Source: a virus
Lineage: Duplodnaviria; Heunggongvirae; Uroviricota; Caudoviricetes
Virus record (IMG/VR): IMGVR_UViG_3300029516_000004
Coordinates: 1-64,000 of that record
Reading direction: 5' to 3' (one strand)
Length of the DNA stretch: 64,000 nucleotides
This document shows, piece after piece, positions 1 through 10,242 of the stretch (the first letter of the stretch is position 1; the number at the start of each line of letters is the position of its first letter). The translations under genes and the position numbers were made by a program. The notes beneath the pieces were generated by a model. The model did no database searches, was not told the DNA's origin, and worked only from the letters and a program-made list of their open reading frames with translations.

Positions 1-1
1 A

Positions 2-1525
2 AAACTACAGACGGCAAGAACTATCGGCGGAGTTAGCTTTGATGGTACTGCGAATATTAATTTACCTGGTGTTAACGTTGCGGGTAATCAGAATACATCC
101 GGTAACGCGGCTACAGCGACCAAGTTACAAACCGCTAGAACTATAAATGGGGTGTCGTTTGACGGTTCTAAAAACATTGAGCTAACTCCAAGGTCTATAG
201 GCACGATCAACTCAGCAACAATGTCTTTTAGTGGTGGTGCCGGATGGTTCAAGCTGGCAACTGTAACCATGCCACAGGCCAGTTCCGTGGTTTACATAAG
301 CCTGATTGGTGGTGCAGGGTATAACGTTGGCTCCCCGCGGCAAGCTGGCATATCTGAGCTGGTTCTGCGTGCAGGAAATGGGAATCCAAAAGGTATTACT
401 GGTGCATTATGGCGACGGACCTCGGTTGGATTTACTAATTTTGCATGGGTGAATACATCCGGTAATACCTATGACATTTATGTAGAAATAGGTAATTGCG
501 CCACAGGTGTTAATATCCAGTGGGATTATACAAAGAATGCAACTGTACAAATTCATACATCACCAACTTATACAGCGAATAAACCAACAGGCCTGACAGA
601 TGGAACTGTATATGTAATTTACAGTTCGCACATTAAACCGACCGCCACGGATGTCGGCGCATTACCAATAACCGGAGGGAATCTCAACGGCGGTTTAACG
701 GCTACTGGTGAGATCATTTCAAAATCGGCGAATGGTCTGCGCATTGCCTATGGCAACTATGGATTCTTTATCCGAAACGATGGTTCAAACACATACTTCA
801 TGTTGACCGATTCGGGTGACAGCCTGGGAACCTATAATAGTTTAAGACCGCTTACCATTAACAACGCCAATGGTGCTGTTTCAATCGGTAATGGTTTAAC
901 TGTTTATGGTTCTGTTGGTCTGGGTACTGCAAATGCTCTTGGTGGTAACTCTATCGTCCTTGGCGATAATGATACTGGTTTTAAACAGAATGGTGATGGC
1001 ATTCTTGATGTTTACGCTAATAGCAATAGAGTATTCCGCTTTAAGAATGATGCAGCTTTTTCTTTAAAAAAATTGCTGGTCGGAGATAGTAAAACTTTTT
1101 CATTATCAAGTGCAAACACATCCACTAAGAACGTAACCTTTAATCTATGGGGTGCCTCTACTCGTCCTGTTGTAGCTGAATTAGGTGATGATTCAGGATG
1201 GCATTTTTATAGTCAGAGAAATACTGATAACAGTATAACATTTGCTGTAAATGGTCAGGTGTCCCCCGCTAATTATGGTAATTTTGACTCGCGCTACACA
1301 TTAAAAACGGCTTGTGTGACAAGCGTAAGAATGGGATCTGCTGCCAGTTATAAACCATCAAGCAATGGTGTTTCTTGGACTCAGAATCTAGGAAGCGGAC
1401 TGGTTATGACAGGTATTATTGTTCAAGAAACAGGAAGTCATTCAGCTGACAATATCGGCGGGATTTATTATCGACCGGTTCAATATTGTATCAACGGAAC
1501 ATGGTACACAGCAGCATCAGTATAA
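2..1525 (+). CDS. Tail fibre protein (S-like), 5'-partial; frame is open to the window edge
   Basis: Frame open from nt 2 with no stop; repeated KLQTARTI(G/N)GVSFDG units; Gly/Asn/Ser/Thr-rich; followed by a tail-fibre assembly gene. Confidence 0.8.
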   Translation, partial: KLQTARTIGGVSFDGTANINLPGVNVAGNQNTSGNAATATKLQTARTINGVSFDGSKNIELTPRSIGTINSATMSFSGGAGWFKLATVTMPQASSVVYISLIGGAGYNVGSPRQAGISELVLRAGNGNPKGITGALWRRTSVGFTNFAWVNTSGNTYDIYVEIGNCATGVNIQWDYTKNATVQIHTSPTYTANKPTGLTDGTVYVIYSSHIKPTATDVGALPITGGNLNGGLTATGEIISKSANGLRIAYGNYGFFIRNDGSNTYFMLTDSGDSLGTYNSLRPLTINNANGAVSIGNGLTVYGSVGLGTANALGGNSIVLGDNDTGFKQNGDGILDVYANSNRVFRFKNDAAFSLKKLLVGDSKTFSLSSANTSTKNVTFNLWGASTRPVVAELGDDSGWHFYSQRNTDNSITFAVNGQVSPANYGNFDSRYTLKTACVTSVRMGSAASYKPSSNGVSWTQNLGSGLVMTGIIVQETGSHSADNIGGIYYRPVQYCINGTWYTAASV

Positions 1526-1535
1526 TGAGAGAGCA

Positions 1536-2055
1536 TATGAATAACTTTAAAAATTTCGCACCATATACGCCAGGCGAAGATAAAAGAGAGCTTGTTGATG
1601 CAGGAGTTTTATTCCTGTTGGATGAAAACGGTAACGACTGGTATGAATGTCAAAAGTTATTTTCGGAATGTACAAAAGTAATTGCGTATGATAGCAACAA
1701 TATCGTTGTCAGCATTACAGATGACGCCTCAACCCTTTGGCCCATAGGACTATCTGTAGCAGAAGTGGATAGTTTACCTGAAGATGTAGATATCGACGGT
1801 GGTTGGGTGTTTAGAGACAACTCTGTTGTTAAACGCATATATTCTGATACGGAGTTACAACAGCAAGCTGAATCAAAAAAGGCTGCCTTACTTTCACATG
1901 CCGAATCAGTAATTGTAACTCTTGAGCGGGCGGTTAAATTGAATATGGCAACAGATGAGGAACGAGCTAAACTGGAGGCATGGGAGCGTTATAGCGTGTT
2001 GGTTTATCGCGTAGATACAGCTAAACCAGAATGGCCAGAAGAACCGTTGTTGTGA
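1536..2055 (+). CDS. Tail fibre assembly protein (U/Tfa family)
   Basis: ATG 1536 after GAGAG; C-terminus AKLEAWERYSVLVYRVDTAKPEWPEEP is the typical Tfa signature. Confidence 0.8.
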
Positions 2056-2059
2056 AGTG

Positions 2060-2081
2060 AAGGCCCGATTTATCGGGCCTT
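2060..2081. terminator. Hairpin between convergent tfa genes
   Basis: aaggcccga-ttta-tcgggcctt inverted repeat. Confidence 0.4.
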
Positions 2082-2086
2082 AACTT

Positions 2087-2224
2087 TTAACCTAGCTCAG
2101 TAGGCCAGACGATCGCATTGAAACTGGCTTTATCTGTTATTGTGTTGAAATCTAATGCATTAACTGCATCAATATAGTCCAGCCAGGCGTCAAGAGAAGA
2201 CTGTTCATCTTCAGATAATATTCT
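2087..2224 (-). pseudogene. C-terminal remnant of alternative tail fibre assembly gene (U'-like)
   Basis: Minus-strand frame ends ...DEQSSLDAWLDYIDAVNALDFNTITDKASFNAIVWPTELG (Tfa C-terminal signature), but N-terminal part and partner fibre gene are absent. Confidence 0.5.
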
Positions 2225-2261
2225 GCCGCGTAGTAATTTTGTCTGGCTAATCACGAGCTGT

Positions 2262-2797
2262 TTAGGATTGAAAGGATGACGCCGGAAACTTCTTATAAAG
2301 CGTGGAAACAGCCACATCATAGATGATTGCAACCTGCTTACGGGGGATGCCCTTCTCCAGCAATCGCCGCATTTGCTGCCATGTTTCTTCTTGGTATTTA
2401 GGTCAACGTCCACCTATACGACCTTCTGCGCGAGCTGCATTAAGTCCAGCGCGTGTACGTTCAACGATAAGCTCACGTTCCATTTCTGCCAGCGCCCCAT
2501 TGGTGTACTGGTGTCGATGGAGTCAGTGAGACTCCGGAAGTTAATGCCTCTGTCACGCAGCTCTTCCACCAGCACAACTAAGTGACACATGCCGCGACCA
2601 AGACGGTCTAACTTCCATACGACCAGGGTATCACCTCTGGAAAGCATACGGAGTACCTTTTTTAATCCAGGGCGCTCAGCCTTTTTGCCGCTCGCCTTGT
2701 CCTCAAAAATTAGCTCACATCCTGCGCTTTCAAGAGCGTGTCGTTGTAAAGCAGTGTTTTGTTCATTTGTTGATACGCGTACATAGCCTTTTAACAT
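2262..2797 (-). pseudogene. cin: Cin/Pin/Gin-family serine DNA invertase, disrupted
   Basis: N-terminus MLKGYVRVSTNEQ...SLTDSIDTSTPMGR matches invertases; frame then shifts (expected RFFFHVMG segment missing, ALAEMERELIVERT continues in another frame) and a TGA sits in GRIGGR*PK before the C-terminal HTH QQMRRLLEKGIPRKQVAIIYDVAVSTLYKKF. Confidence 0.7.
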
Positions 2798-2922
2798 ATT
2801 TTCTGCTCACTATCGTTATTTATAGCAAGCTGCGGATTTTAATTAACAAAAACCTGTGTGTGGACATCACAAAGTGCATACCGTGCCCCAATGATGTTTT
2901 ATTGAAAAGCGGGGGTACTTTA

Positions 2923-3204
2923 ATGTTTGATTTAACAATATTTTTTATAACCATCCTTGGAGGCGTGCATTCGTTTCTGAATGGGATTCGTGAAAAACGT
3001 TACGAAGCGTCATGCAGGCAATTGATGGCCGAGTGTATTGCTGCCGTACTTGCAGGCTTTATAGGCATGTATTTCGCGGAATATAAGGGTATGGATGAAA
3101 GTCTTCAGAATTGCGTGACTATTATTTGCAGCATCAATAACAGGCTCATTCTTGAAAAGTCACAAAGGATTATCGATTCGTACCTCAATAGAAATGCCTC
3201 TTAA
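2923..3204 (+). CDS. Small hydrophobic protein, unknown function
   Basis: ORF with GGGGG RBS-like run upstream; predicted TM segment MFDLTIFFITILGG. Confidence 0.3.
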   Translation: MFDLTIFFITILGGVHSFLNGIREKRYEASCRQLMAECIAAVLAGFIGMYFAEYKGMDESLQNCVTIICSINNRLILEKSQRIIDSYLNRNAS

Positions 3205-3250
3205 GCAACAAATGACCGGTTGAGAAGTTACTTTGCATACCATTACCTCC
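3205..3250 (+). promoter_or_regulatory. Putative Lpa-dependent late promoter upstream of lydA
   Basis: AACAAATGAC ... AAGTTACTTTGCATACCAT resembles elements upstream of lyz, pacA, prt/darB and the 52522 operon. Confidence 0.35.
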
Positions 3251-3271
3251 TGACAACGTAGGAGGGAACTT

Positions 3272-3601
3272 GTGCTTGACACACAGGAATTAGCTCCAGT
3301 TGCTATTGCGTTCCTGCTTTCAGTAATTGGTGGGATAGGCACGTTCCTGATGGATGTCCGAGACGGTCGCCAGTCTGGCAATTTGTTGGGATTGGTTACG
3401 GAGATCTTTGTTGCAGTGACAGCTGGCGCGGTGGCGTACCTATTGGGGCAACACGAGGGCTGGGAGTTATCAATTACGTACTTAATGGTAACGATAGCCA
3501 GCAATAACGGTCATGAGGTGATTTCAGGGATGAAACGAGTGAATATCGATAGCATTCTGAATGTTCTTACAAGTTTGGTGAAAAAGGGAGGCGGGAAATG
3601 A
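3272..3601 (+). CDS. lydA: Holin (LydA-like)
   Basis: GTG start after GGAGGG; 109 aa with two hydrophobic segments; first gene of the dar operon as in P1. Confidence 0.55.
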   Translation: MLDTQELAPVAIAFLLSVIGGIGTFLMDVRDGRQSGNLLGLVTEIFVAVTAGAVAYLLGQHEGWELSITYLMVTIASNNGHEVISGMKRVNIDSILNVLTSLVKKGGGK

Positions 3602-4041
3602 TTGGCTGGGGTGTATGCGTTATTGCGTTAGCCTTAGCCGATCGCTATTTGCTAAAACGCAAGGACATCACGCATTTAGAACTTGGTGATGTGGAAATTA
3701 AACCGGGGTTCATCCGGGTGCCGTTCAAATACCGGTCTAAATACCCGTTTTTGCGCGGCGCAACGGTCAGATATTGGATCCGCGATGTTCAGAAGCCGAC
3801 GACAGTGATTGAAGGCGAACAACGTTGTCTGACGTCGGCTGAACAGGGCGAAAACAGTGAATGGTTGTACATACCCACTGAATATATGGGTAAAGGAGAG
3901 CGACTGTGGCATTTCAACGTCATGGTTACGCATGGCGACTCGTTCATTAACCCGTTGTATCGGATTTTCCCTGTTACTCAGCAAATCCGCAGAAGTTACG
4001 TAATAAATCTCGCACAGGATGTGTCAGATGACGAAAAATAA
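3598..4041 (+). CDS. lydB: Antiholin-like protein (LydB-like)
   Basis: 147 aa, overlaps lydA stop, GGGAGG RBS; position matches P1. Confidence 0.5.
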   Translation: MIGWGVCVIALALADRYLLKRKDITHLELGDVEIKPGFIRVPFKYRSKYPFLRGATVRYWIRDVQKPTTVIEGEQRCLTSAEQGENSEWLYIPTEYMGKGERLWHFNVMVTHGDSFINPLYRIFPVTQQIRRSYVINLAQDVSDDEK

Positions 4042-4630
4042 GTATGCAACGGTCGATTTTGACCAGGTTAATGAAAAGGGGCTGAAATCCCTTATCGCGG
4101 CGATCAATAAAACCGGTGTTACGGTAATTGAGGTTGACTCCAGCAACCGCGCAACAACGAAAGATGGCGTTAAAGTTAAAACCGCAAAGCTGGTTCTTAA
4201 CGACGGACAAATTCTTGCCATACAGGTAAACGATACTGGCGATATATCGTCTGTGAAACTGAATGGAAAAGCTATTCCTAACGCTCAGTCGCCGGATATC
4301 AAGACGCTTGGTACCGTCATGGGACAGGCGGCTCGCAAAAACTCCGCAAAATTCCAGAAATCACTGATCGCCAAAGCGAAGCGTGTTGCCAATCCGGTAG
4401 ACAAGAAACCGGCAGTTAAATCCAACTTTCAGCGCCTGCAAGAGGCAAAACAGCGGAATGCTCAGGTGGTTGCCGCTTATAAGTCCGCGCAGAATTCGGT
4501 GTCTTTCAATCAACAGCAGATCACTGATTTGCGGGCGAAGATGGATAAGGAGACGGGCCGACTCAATAACGAAAAGGCACGGAATGGCGAACTCAAACGT
4601 CGTCTTAAGCAACTGAAAGCAGGAAATTAA
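4028..4630 (+). CDS. hdf: Hdf-like protein of the darA operon
   Basis: About 200 aa, Lys-rich coiled-coil C-terminus; position immediately upstream of the 639-aa DarA candidate. Confidence 0.45.
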   Translation: MTKNKYATVDFDQVNEKGLKSLIAAINKTGVTVIEVDSSNRATTKDGVKVKTAKLVLNDGQILAIQVNDTGDISSVKLNGKAIPNAQSPDIKTLGTVMGQAARKNSAKFQKSLIAKAKRVANPVDKKPAVKSNFQRLQEAKQRNAQVVAAYKSAQNSVSFNQQQITDLRAKMDKETGRLNNEKARNGELKRRLKQLKAGN

Positions 4631-4631
4631 C

Positions 4632-6551
4632 ATGGAACAGTTCAATATCAATAAAGGGGTGACGATCAAGCCCGGGCTTGACGTGCTTCCCCCGCCAGTG
4701 ACTGATGATGAATATCGCGCATTAATGGCCGGTGAGGACCGCTATCTGATGACGGAATCCAACACCCTGGAGGAAATCGAGGCTACGTTCTTCTATGACA
4801 CGCCGATCCACTGGTGTGCTACGGATTTACTGGAGGCGATTAGTTCTACTCGTTTGCAGTTACACCGGACCATGCAGGCATTTGTCCGGGCATTGAACCA
4901 GAAGCTGAATGGTACCGGAATCTCTGCGGGGAGTGATAAAACGGGGGATGTGGCCCAGAACGGTGCACGCGCGATCGGCGGTGCTGAAATTGGCCGGGCA
5001 CGTAACGTTAACGGGCTGCCGGTCCTGCCAGCCATTATTCCGCTCAGTGATGGTCAGACTATCAGTATTCTGTTTCATAGCCCGACAGCGGAAAACCGGA
5101 TCACCAATAGTGATACGCTGGTTGCTTTCCAGTTCTTACTGAATAAAAAAGACGTTACTCATACCGTTGCTCCGATGAGTGGACGTGATATGACGCTGGC
5201 GCAGGTCACCATGAAACTTGCCAACCTTGCAGAGAAAAACTCGGCAAAATTCCAGCGTGCGCAGAAGAAGAAAAAAGCCCTGGTTGATGAAATAACCCAA
5301 CTACAGGCTGACAGTGACCAGAAAGAGGATGCCATGAGCGACCTCGCGGATCAGGTGGCAGCGGTAGAAGGGCAGAAGGCAGATCTGGAGCAGAAAATTA
5401 ACGCTGTTGCATCGGAAGCGGATTCTCTTTATGAAGAGAATGAGCGTTTGCAGGGGGAGATTGATCGGCTCAATCGCACTGGTGGGCGCGATACCATTGC
5501 CCCTGCGGGGATGACTGGTGGACACTCTCGCGCGCTGACGGATCGCCTTGCCAGTATCAAAAATCGTATGCATATGGACGGGGAAGCGACGCTCAGTAAT
5601 GGTGCATCAATGAAGCAATTCATTGGGGATGGCGAAGGGTATATCCAGTTAACCGATCCGGATGGCAGCGTATACATGATCAAGGCTAAATCCATACAGG
5701 GTGTGGACATGGCAGATGCGCTCGGCAAGCTGTTTAAAGCCTATAAAGCGGGTAATGTATCGGAATATATGGTCCAACCAGAAGAACATAAACCGGAAAA
5801 CGTCGAACCTGAACCAGCGGAAGATACCGGTAGCTCTTCGCCTGAACCAGAAGTCTCTGTAGGTGCATATCGATATGCCCTGCAAATGCGCCCGGCGGCC
5901 CCTGGCGCAATACCTGAAGGTAACAAAGCAATTCTGCCGCGCCCTGATGAGGGTGACCCGTATTATGAATATGCACGCTACGGCATTGCTACTTACGATA
6001 CCCCGCTTTCTGATCAGCAAATGAGTGCGTACGACCTGAAGTTATTGCCTCGCGAGGATTCTTTCGACTTCCTTGCGAAGACACTTACTAATGGTCCGTT
6101 TGGCAAATATGCACAAAAAGCTCTGGAGCTGGCCACCAGCTCACCAGACGAGTTCCGCGTAATGCTGAAAACTCAGTTTCAAAAAACTTTCCCCAATATT
6201 GCGTTTCCTGGTGGCGCTGGCACCGAGAAAATGGTGCAGAGCATGATCAATGCATTGCAGGCCGAAGTCGGTGAGATTACTCAGCCAGAACCGGCCCCGG
6301 CACAGCCTGATGAAACGGTTAGCGAAGCAGATGCAGAGGCTAATAAAGCCATTGAATATCTCAATAACGTGATGGATATGCAAAGCACTGACATGGCGGA
6401 GATCCGTAACGCCCGGGGCAATGTCCGGGAAGCGATTGCAGCCCTTCAGGCTGCCGGACGTTTTGAGGAAAACGAAGAGCTGGTTAATGGCGCTGCTCGC
6501 CACCTGGCTGATCTGCTGGTAGCAATCCAGAAAGCGGGGGTAGCGGCATGA
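4632..6551 (+). CDS. darA: DarA-like antirestriction capsid protein
   Basis: 639 aa, size and operon position as P1 DarA; AGGA RBS; internal coiled coil. Confidence 0.6.
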   Translation: MEQFNINKGVTIKPGLDVLPPPVTDDEYRALMAGEDRYLMTESNTLEEIEATFFYDTPIHWCATDLLEAISSTRLQLHRTMQAFVRALNQKLNGTGISAGSDKTGDVAQNGARAIGGAEIGRARNVNGLPVLPAIIPLSDGQTISILFHSPTAENRITNSDTLVAFQFLLNKKDVTHTVAPMSGRDMTLAQVTMKLANLAEKNSAKFQRAQKKKKALVDEITQLQADSDQKEDAMSDLADQVAAVEGQKADLEQKINAVASEADSLYEENERLQGEIDRLNRTGGRDTIAPAGMTGGHSRALTDRLASIKNRMHMDGEATLSNGASMKQFIGDGEGYIQLTDPDGSVYMIKAKSIQGVDMADALGKLFKAYKAGNVSEYMVQPEEHKPENVEPEPAEDTGSSSPEPEVSVGAYRYALQMRPAAPGAIPEGNKAILPRPDEGDPYYEYARYGIATYDTPLSDQQMSAYDLKLLPREDSFDFLAKTLTNGPFGKYAQKALELATSSPDEFRVMLKTQFQKTFPNIAFPGGAGTEKMVQSMINALQAEVGEITQPEPAPAQPDETVSEADAEANKAIEYLNNVMDMQSTDMAEIRNARGNVREAIAALQAAGRFEENEELVNGAARHLADLLVAIQKAGVAA

Positions 6552-6913
6552 CACTATCAGCTATTGAGTTAATGGATCTCAGCGATAAGTTGGATGCTCT
6601 GATGTCCAAAGCGGCTACCGCGAGTGGCATGGAGTTGCTGGATATCAGCGATGAAATTGACCAGATCATGCAACAGATGGGGTACGGCGCGTCCGGCGGC
6701 AGTAGTGGCGAGGAAAAACAACCTTCGGTACATGATGGTGTGCCAAAACTGGTTGCTGATTTCCTGGCTGATAAATTCGTCGATCAGAGCACTGATGCAT
6801 TTATCGGTACGTTACAGGACTTGAGTCAATATGTTGGTACATACATCGACCTGGACCAGGTTAAACAGCACACGGCGGCATGGATAGCCGCCAACATTAA
6901 AGAGGCAACATAA
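6548..6913 (+). CDS. ddrA: DdrA-like protein
   Basis: 121 aa, start overlaps darA stop (ATGA); position. Confidence 0.45.
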   Translation: MTLSAIELMDLSDKLDALMSKAATASGMELLDISDEIDQIMQQMGYGASGGSSGEEKQPSVHDGVPKLVADFLADKFVDQSTDAFIGTLQDLSQYVGTYIDLDQVKQHTAAWIAANIKEAT

Positions 6914-6925
6914 GGCGTAACAGGG

Positions 6926-9913
6926 ATGAGCTTAAGCGATCAGGTGGTAATGGCCACCAGCATAGAAACGCTGATCGAGCTGCTAAAAAACCTGCCCGAT
7001 TACGGGCGGGTTTCGTATGTGGTGACAGCGAAGGGAGACGAGGTAAAAACAGCGTTTGATATCGTCGATGCCTCAGCTCTTTTGGTATCCAATACTCTGG
7101 ACGGGAAAATTAACCCTGACTATCCCCAGGAACTTCAGCCGCGTGACCGGACCCGCGCATCCAGTCTTCTTCAGGTCAACCAGATATCCAAGGATTTGCG
7201 TCCTGCCCAGCTTACCGATTCCGGTTTATCCAGCCATGGCGCGCCGATAATTGGTGAGGACAATGCCGTTGAGTCAGGTAATGGACGGACCATGGGGATC
7301 ATCAAAGCCTATCAGGACGGCAATGCGGATCGGTATCGTGAGTACCTGATTGATCATGCGACAGAATTCGGCATACGACCTGAAAAGGTTGAATCAATGG
7401 CGGCTCCGGTACTGGTGCGCCGCCGGTTAACGAAGGTTGACCGTGTTCAGTTTGCCAAGGACTCAAATATTTCTGATCTCCAGGAAATGGCAGCCAGTGA
7501 AAAGGCTTTTGTTGATGCCGACAGCATAACACCGGCGATGATGGCGTTGTTTAACCCGTCAGAAAGCGGAGATCTGCTTAGCCGCAGTAATGACGCGTTT
7601 ATTCGCGGATTCATGACGCAAGTTGGTGCCACACAGGCTGCTGGCCTTGTAACGGAAGATGGGCGACCAACACGGCAACTTGTAGACCGTATACAAAACG
7701 CGATCTTTGCCAAGGCATATAAGGATGCGCGCCTGGTAAGGATGGTTGCAGAAGAACCTGATCCGGATATGCGTAATGTTCTGACGGCACTTAATGCGGC
7801 AGCCAATGATTTTGTCCAGATGCAGGCTTTATCAGGAGAAGCGCACAAGCAGGCTGTGACAACTATTGTTGATGGCATTGAGACAGCGGATAGCCTCGAT
7901 AAAAAGGCGCTGGCGGCATTGAAAGATGCGGTAGACCTGGTAAGGCAATCGAAGGAGTCAGGCCAGCATATTACCGATGTTATTGCTCAGGGGGATATGT
8001 TCAGCGAAACGGCCCCGGAAGTGAAAGCACTCGCGTTGTTCATCGTCGCGAATAACCGTAGTGCGAAGCGTATGGCCACCGCCTTTAAGTTGATGGCGCA
8101 ACGTATCAATGATGAGTTACAGCACCAGGGCCAGGCGCTCGGGGATATGTTTGGCGGCGGCGATGTGTCGTTACAGGATATCCTTCGCCAGGTGTCTCAG
8201 GAACTGGAAAACGAAGGTATGCAAGGGATATCCAGCGGTCTTTTCGAGTCAGCTTCCGGCGGTAGTTACAACGGTGTTGCTCCATATACCAGCTTGCTAT
8301 TACATCGGGCATCCGGCATCAAAGACATTATTCATCTGATCAGGCTGCTATCCCGCACCGATCGCCAGGATGAGCAGCTTGTACAAGTGCTTGCGCATTT
8401 TGTCCGAATGCCTGTTGCCGACGTGAAAAAATGGTGCCGATTATTCGGTATCAGCAATTCGTTACTTCGCGGATTGTTAAATCACGCATCCTCCCTTGGG
8501 CGCGATGGCTTTGATGAGATAGCGCAGGCGATACAAAACGGAGATATGCCACCAGCTATTGACTGGTTTTCCATTCGCCCAACCAGGGTGAAAGCATTCC
8601 TTAGCGCGGCGCAATCAGCATCACCATTGGCAGAAATGGTTCAGAGGTTGTCGCTCATATTCACAGATCATACCGCGTTGGGTGATCTGACTCTTGACGA
8701 GATGAAAGAAGCCTCCATTCAGTGGGCCGATCAACAAAATGAGGTTAACTCAGACTTCTTGCCAGCATTCAGGAAGGCCGTTAGTAAAGCGGATGATGCC
8801 CGTGGAATTCTGAAGGCATTTAAGGCATTGCAAAGTCGGGTTAATAAACATGTCGGTGATATCGATGGGGTAACGGCGGAAGGCAGGGATATCCTTAAAG
8901 AGCACGGCATAACGCCAGAGTTTATTGATGAGATCAGGACGGATATGCAGCGTGAGGTCGTATCGTCCCTGCAAATTGTAGCCAGAGCGTTGGCGGATGC
9001 TAATCCGAAGAGTGCGGCCATTGTTAACCGGGTTATTGGTGATATTGAAGCATCGGAGGGCATGGGGGCGCTGAAACTCTTCCTTTCGCGAGCGTTTAAT
9101 CCTAACGGCAATATTCTCCCTGGCATTATTGGTGAGGCTAAAAAGTATGTCAGTGAAGAAGAACTTGAGCAGCTTGACCAACTACTTAAGCGATTCTCAT
9201 ATAACCCGCAGACACGCTGGCAAATGAATCAGCGAAGTATGGGTTCGGTCCACGAGAAAGTGTTATCTGCCATGAACAGTGCGATCGCAAACTCATCCGT
9301 ATCTGAAGAAAAAGCTCTTGAGTGGGCCGACTCTTTTATCACGGAAGAAGTGGAAGAAGCCCGCGCTGGACAGAATGGTGGGATAGACCTGCGCAAGGAA
9401 CTTGCTGATATTTATCGCCTGACCGGCGGGAAAATATCGACCTTATCAAAGGTGGTTCACCACCAGGGAAGGGCATATGCAAATCTAAATGGTGTTGTTG
9501 CTGTCAATTTGAACGATAAAAATGCAAGTGCACTGTGGCACGAGCTGGGTCATCATCTTGAGTACAGTAACCCTGGTTTGTTAGAGAAAGCCCGGTCATT
9601 CCTGAAGGCCAATGTTGAAGGGGATAAGCCATCATTCGTCAATATCGGTGGGCGTGGCAAGCCTGAATGGTGCTTCAGATCTCGATTGAGTAATATTTAT
9701 ATGGCGAAGGTATACCCGCCAGCCTCAGTGAGTAATTCCGGGAAAATTCGGCAGAAATCACCGACTATTTCCAAAACGTCAGCAACGGAAGTATTCTCTA
9801 TGGCTCTTCAGTTGTATCATGACAAAGAGGCCGCTGCCGCATCACTGATGAATGGTGACGGATTGCTGGAACTGTTATTAGGTGTGGCAAAGGAGCTAAA
9901 TAATGCAGATTAA
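6926..9913 (+). CDS. ddrB: DdrB-like protein
   Basis: 995 aa ORF following ddrA; size and position as P1 DdrB. Confidence 0.55.
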   Translation: MSLSDQVVMATSIETLIELLKNLPDYGRVSYVVTAKGDEVKTAFDIVDASALLVSNTLDGKINPDYPQELQPRDRTRASSLLQVNQISKDLRPAQLTDSGLSSHGAPIIGEDNAVESGNGRTMGIIKAYQDGNADRYREYLIDHATEFGIRPEKVESMAAPVLVRRRLTKVDRVQFAKDSNISDLQEMAASEKAFVDADSITPAMMALFNPSESGDLLSRSNDAFIRGFMTQVGATQAAGLVTEDGRPTRQLVDRIQNAIFAKAYKDARLVRMVAEEPDPDMRNVLTALNAAANDFVQMQALSGEAHKQAVTTIVDGIETADSLDKKALAALKDAVDLVRQSKESGQHITDVIAQGDMFSETAPEVKALALFIVANNRSAKRMATAFKLMAQRINDELQHQGQALGDMFGGGDVSLQDILRQVSQELENEGMQGISSGLFESASGGSYNGVAPYTSLLLHRASGIKDIIHLIRLLSRTDRQDEQLVQVLAHFVRMPVADVKKWCRLFGISNSLLRGLLNHASSLGRDGFDEIAQAIQNGDMPPAIDWFSIRPTRVKAFLSAAQSASPLAEMVQRLSLIFTDHTALGDLTLDEMKEASIQWADQQNEVNSDFLPAFRKAVSKADDARGILKAFKALQSRVNKHVGDIDGVTAEGRDILKEHGITPEFIDEIRTDMQREVVSSLQIVARALADANPKSAAIVNRVIGDIEASEGMGALKLFLSRAFNPNGNILPGIIGEAKKYVSEEELEQLDQLLKRFSYNPQTRWQMNQRSMGSVHEKVLSAMNSAIANSSVSEEKALEWADSFITEEVEEARAGQNGGIDLRKELADIYRLTGGKISTLSKVVHHQGRAYANLNGVVAVNLNDKNASALWHELGHHLEYSNPGLLEKARSFLKANVEGDKPSFVNIGGRGKPEWCFRSRLSNIYMAKVYPPASVSNSGKIRQKSPTISKTSATEVFSMALQLYHDKEAAAASLMNGDGLLELLLGVAKELNNAD

Positions 9914-10211
9914 AATCGCAGCGCCATTAGGCGGAGATGCCATTATCGAATTTGATGATAATGAAGAAGTTTCCGGGCGTTTAAGCATTATCTCCGGTGA
10001 CATTACCGAGGACATGATCGCTGAAGCCATAGCTGGAGCAAATCCCAATAGCTATATGGGATTCGTTAACACCCTTGATGCCCCCGCAAGTGATGTTCTC
10101 CGAACGCTGCATCTTTACGCTGGCTGGTTTGTTGATTGGCCAGCAGTAGATGGTGGCGATGAGGACGACGACGATGATTTTGGTGATCATATAGACCAGA
10201 TCATATATTAA
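9903..10211 (+). CDS. Hypothetical acidic protein
   Basis: 102 aa, GGAG RBS, C-terminal DGGDEDDDDDFGD acidic tail. Confidence 0.4.
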   Translation: MQIKIAAPLGGDAIIEFDDNEEVSGRLSIISGDITEDMIAEAIAGANPNSYMGFVNTLDAPASDVLRTLHLYAGWFVDWPAVDGGDEDDDDDFGDHIDQIIY

Positions 10212-10213
10212 AG

Positions 10214-10239
10214 AAATCCCGCCAATCGGCGGGATTTTT
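10214..10239. terminator. Bidirectional rho-independent terminator
   Basis: aaatcccgcc-aatc-ggcgggattttt; GC stem flanked by A-run and T-run. Confidence 0.6.
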
Positions 10240-10242
10240 ACC

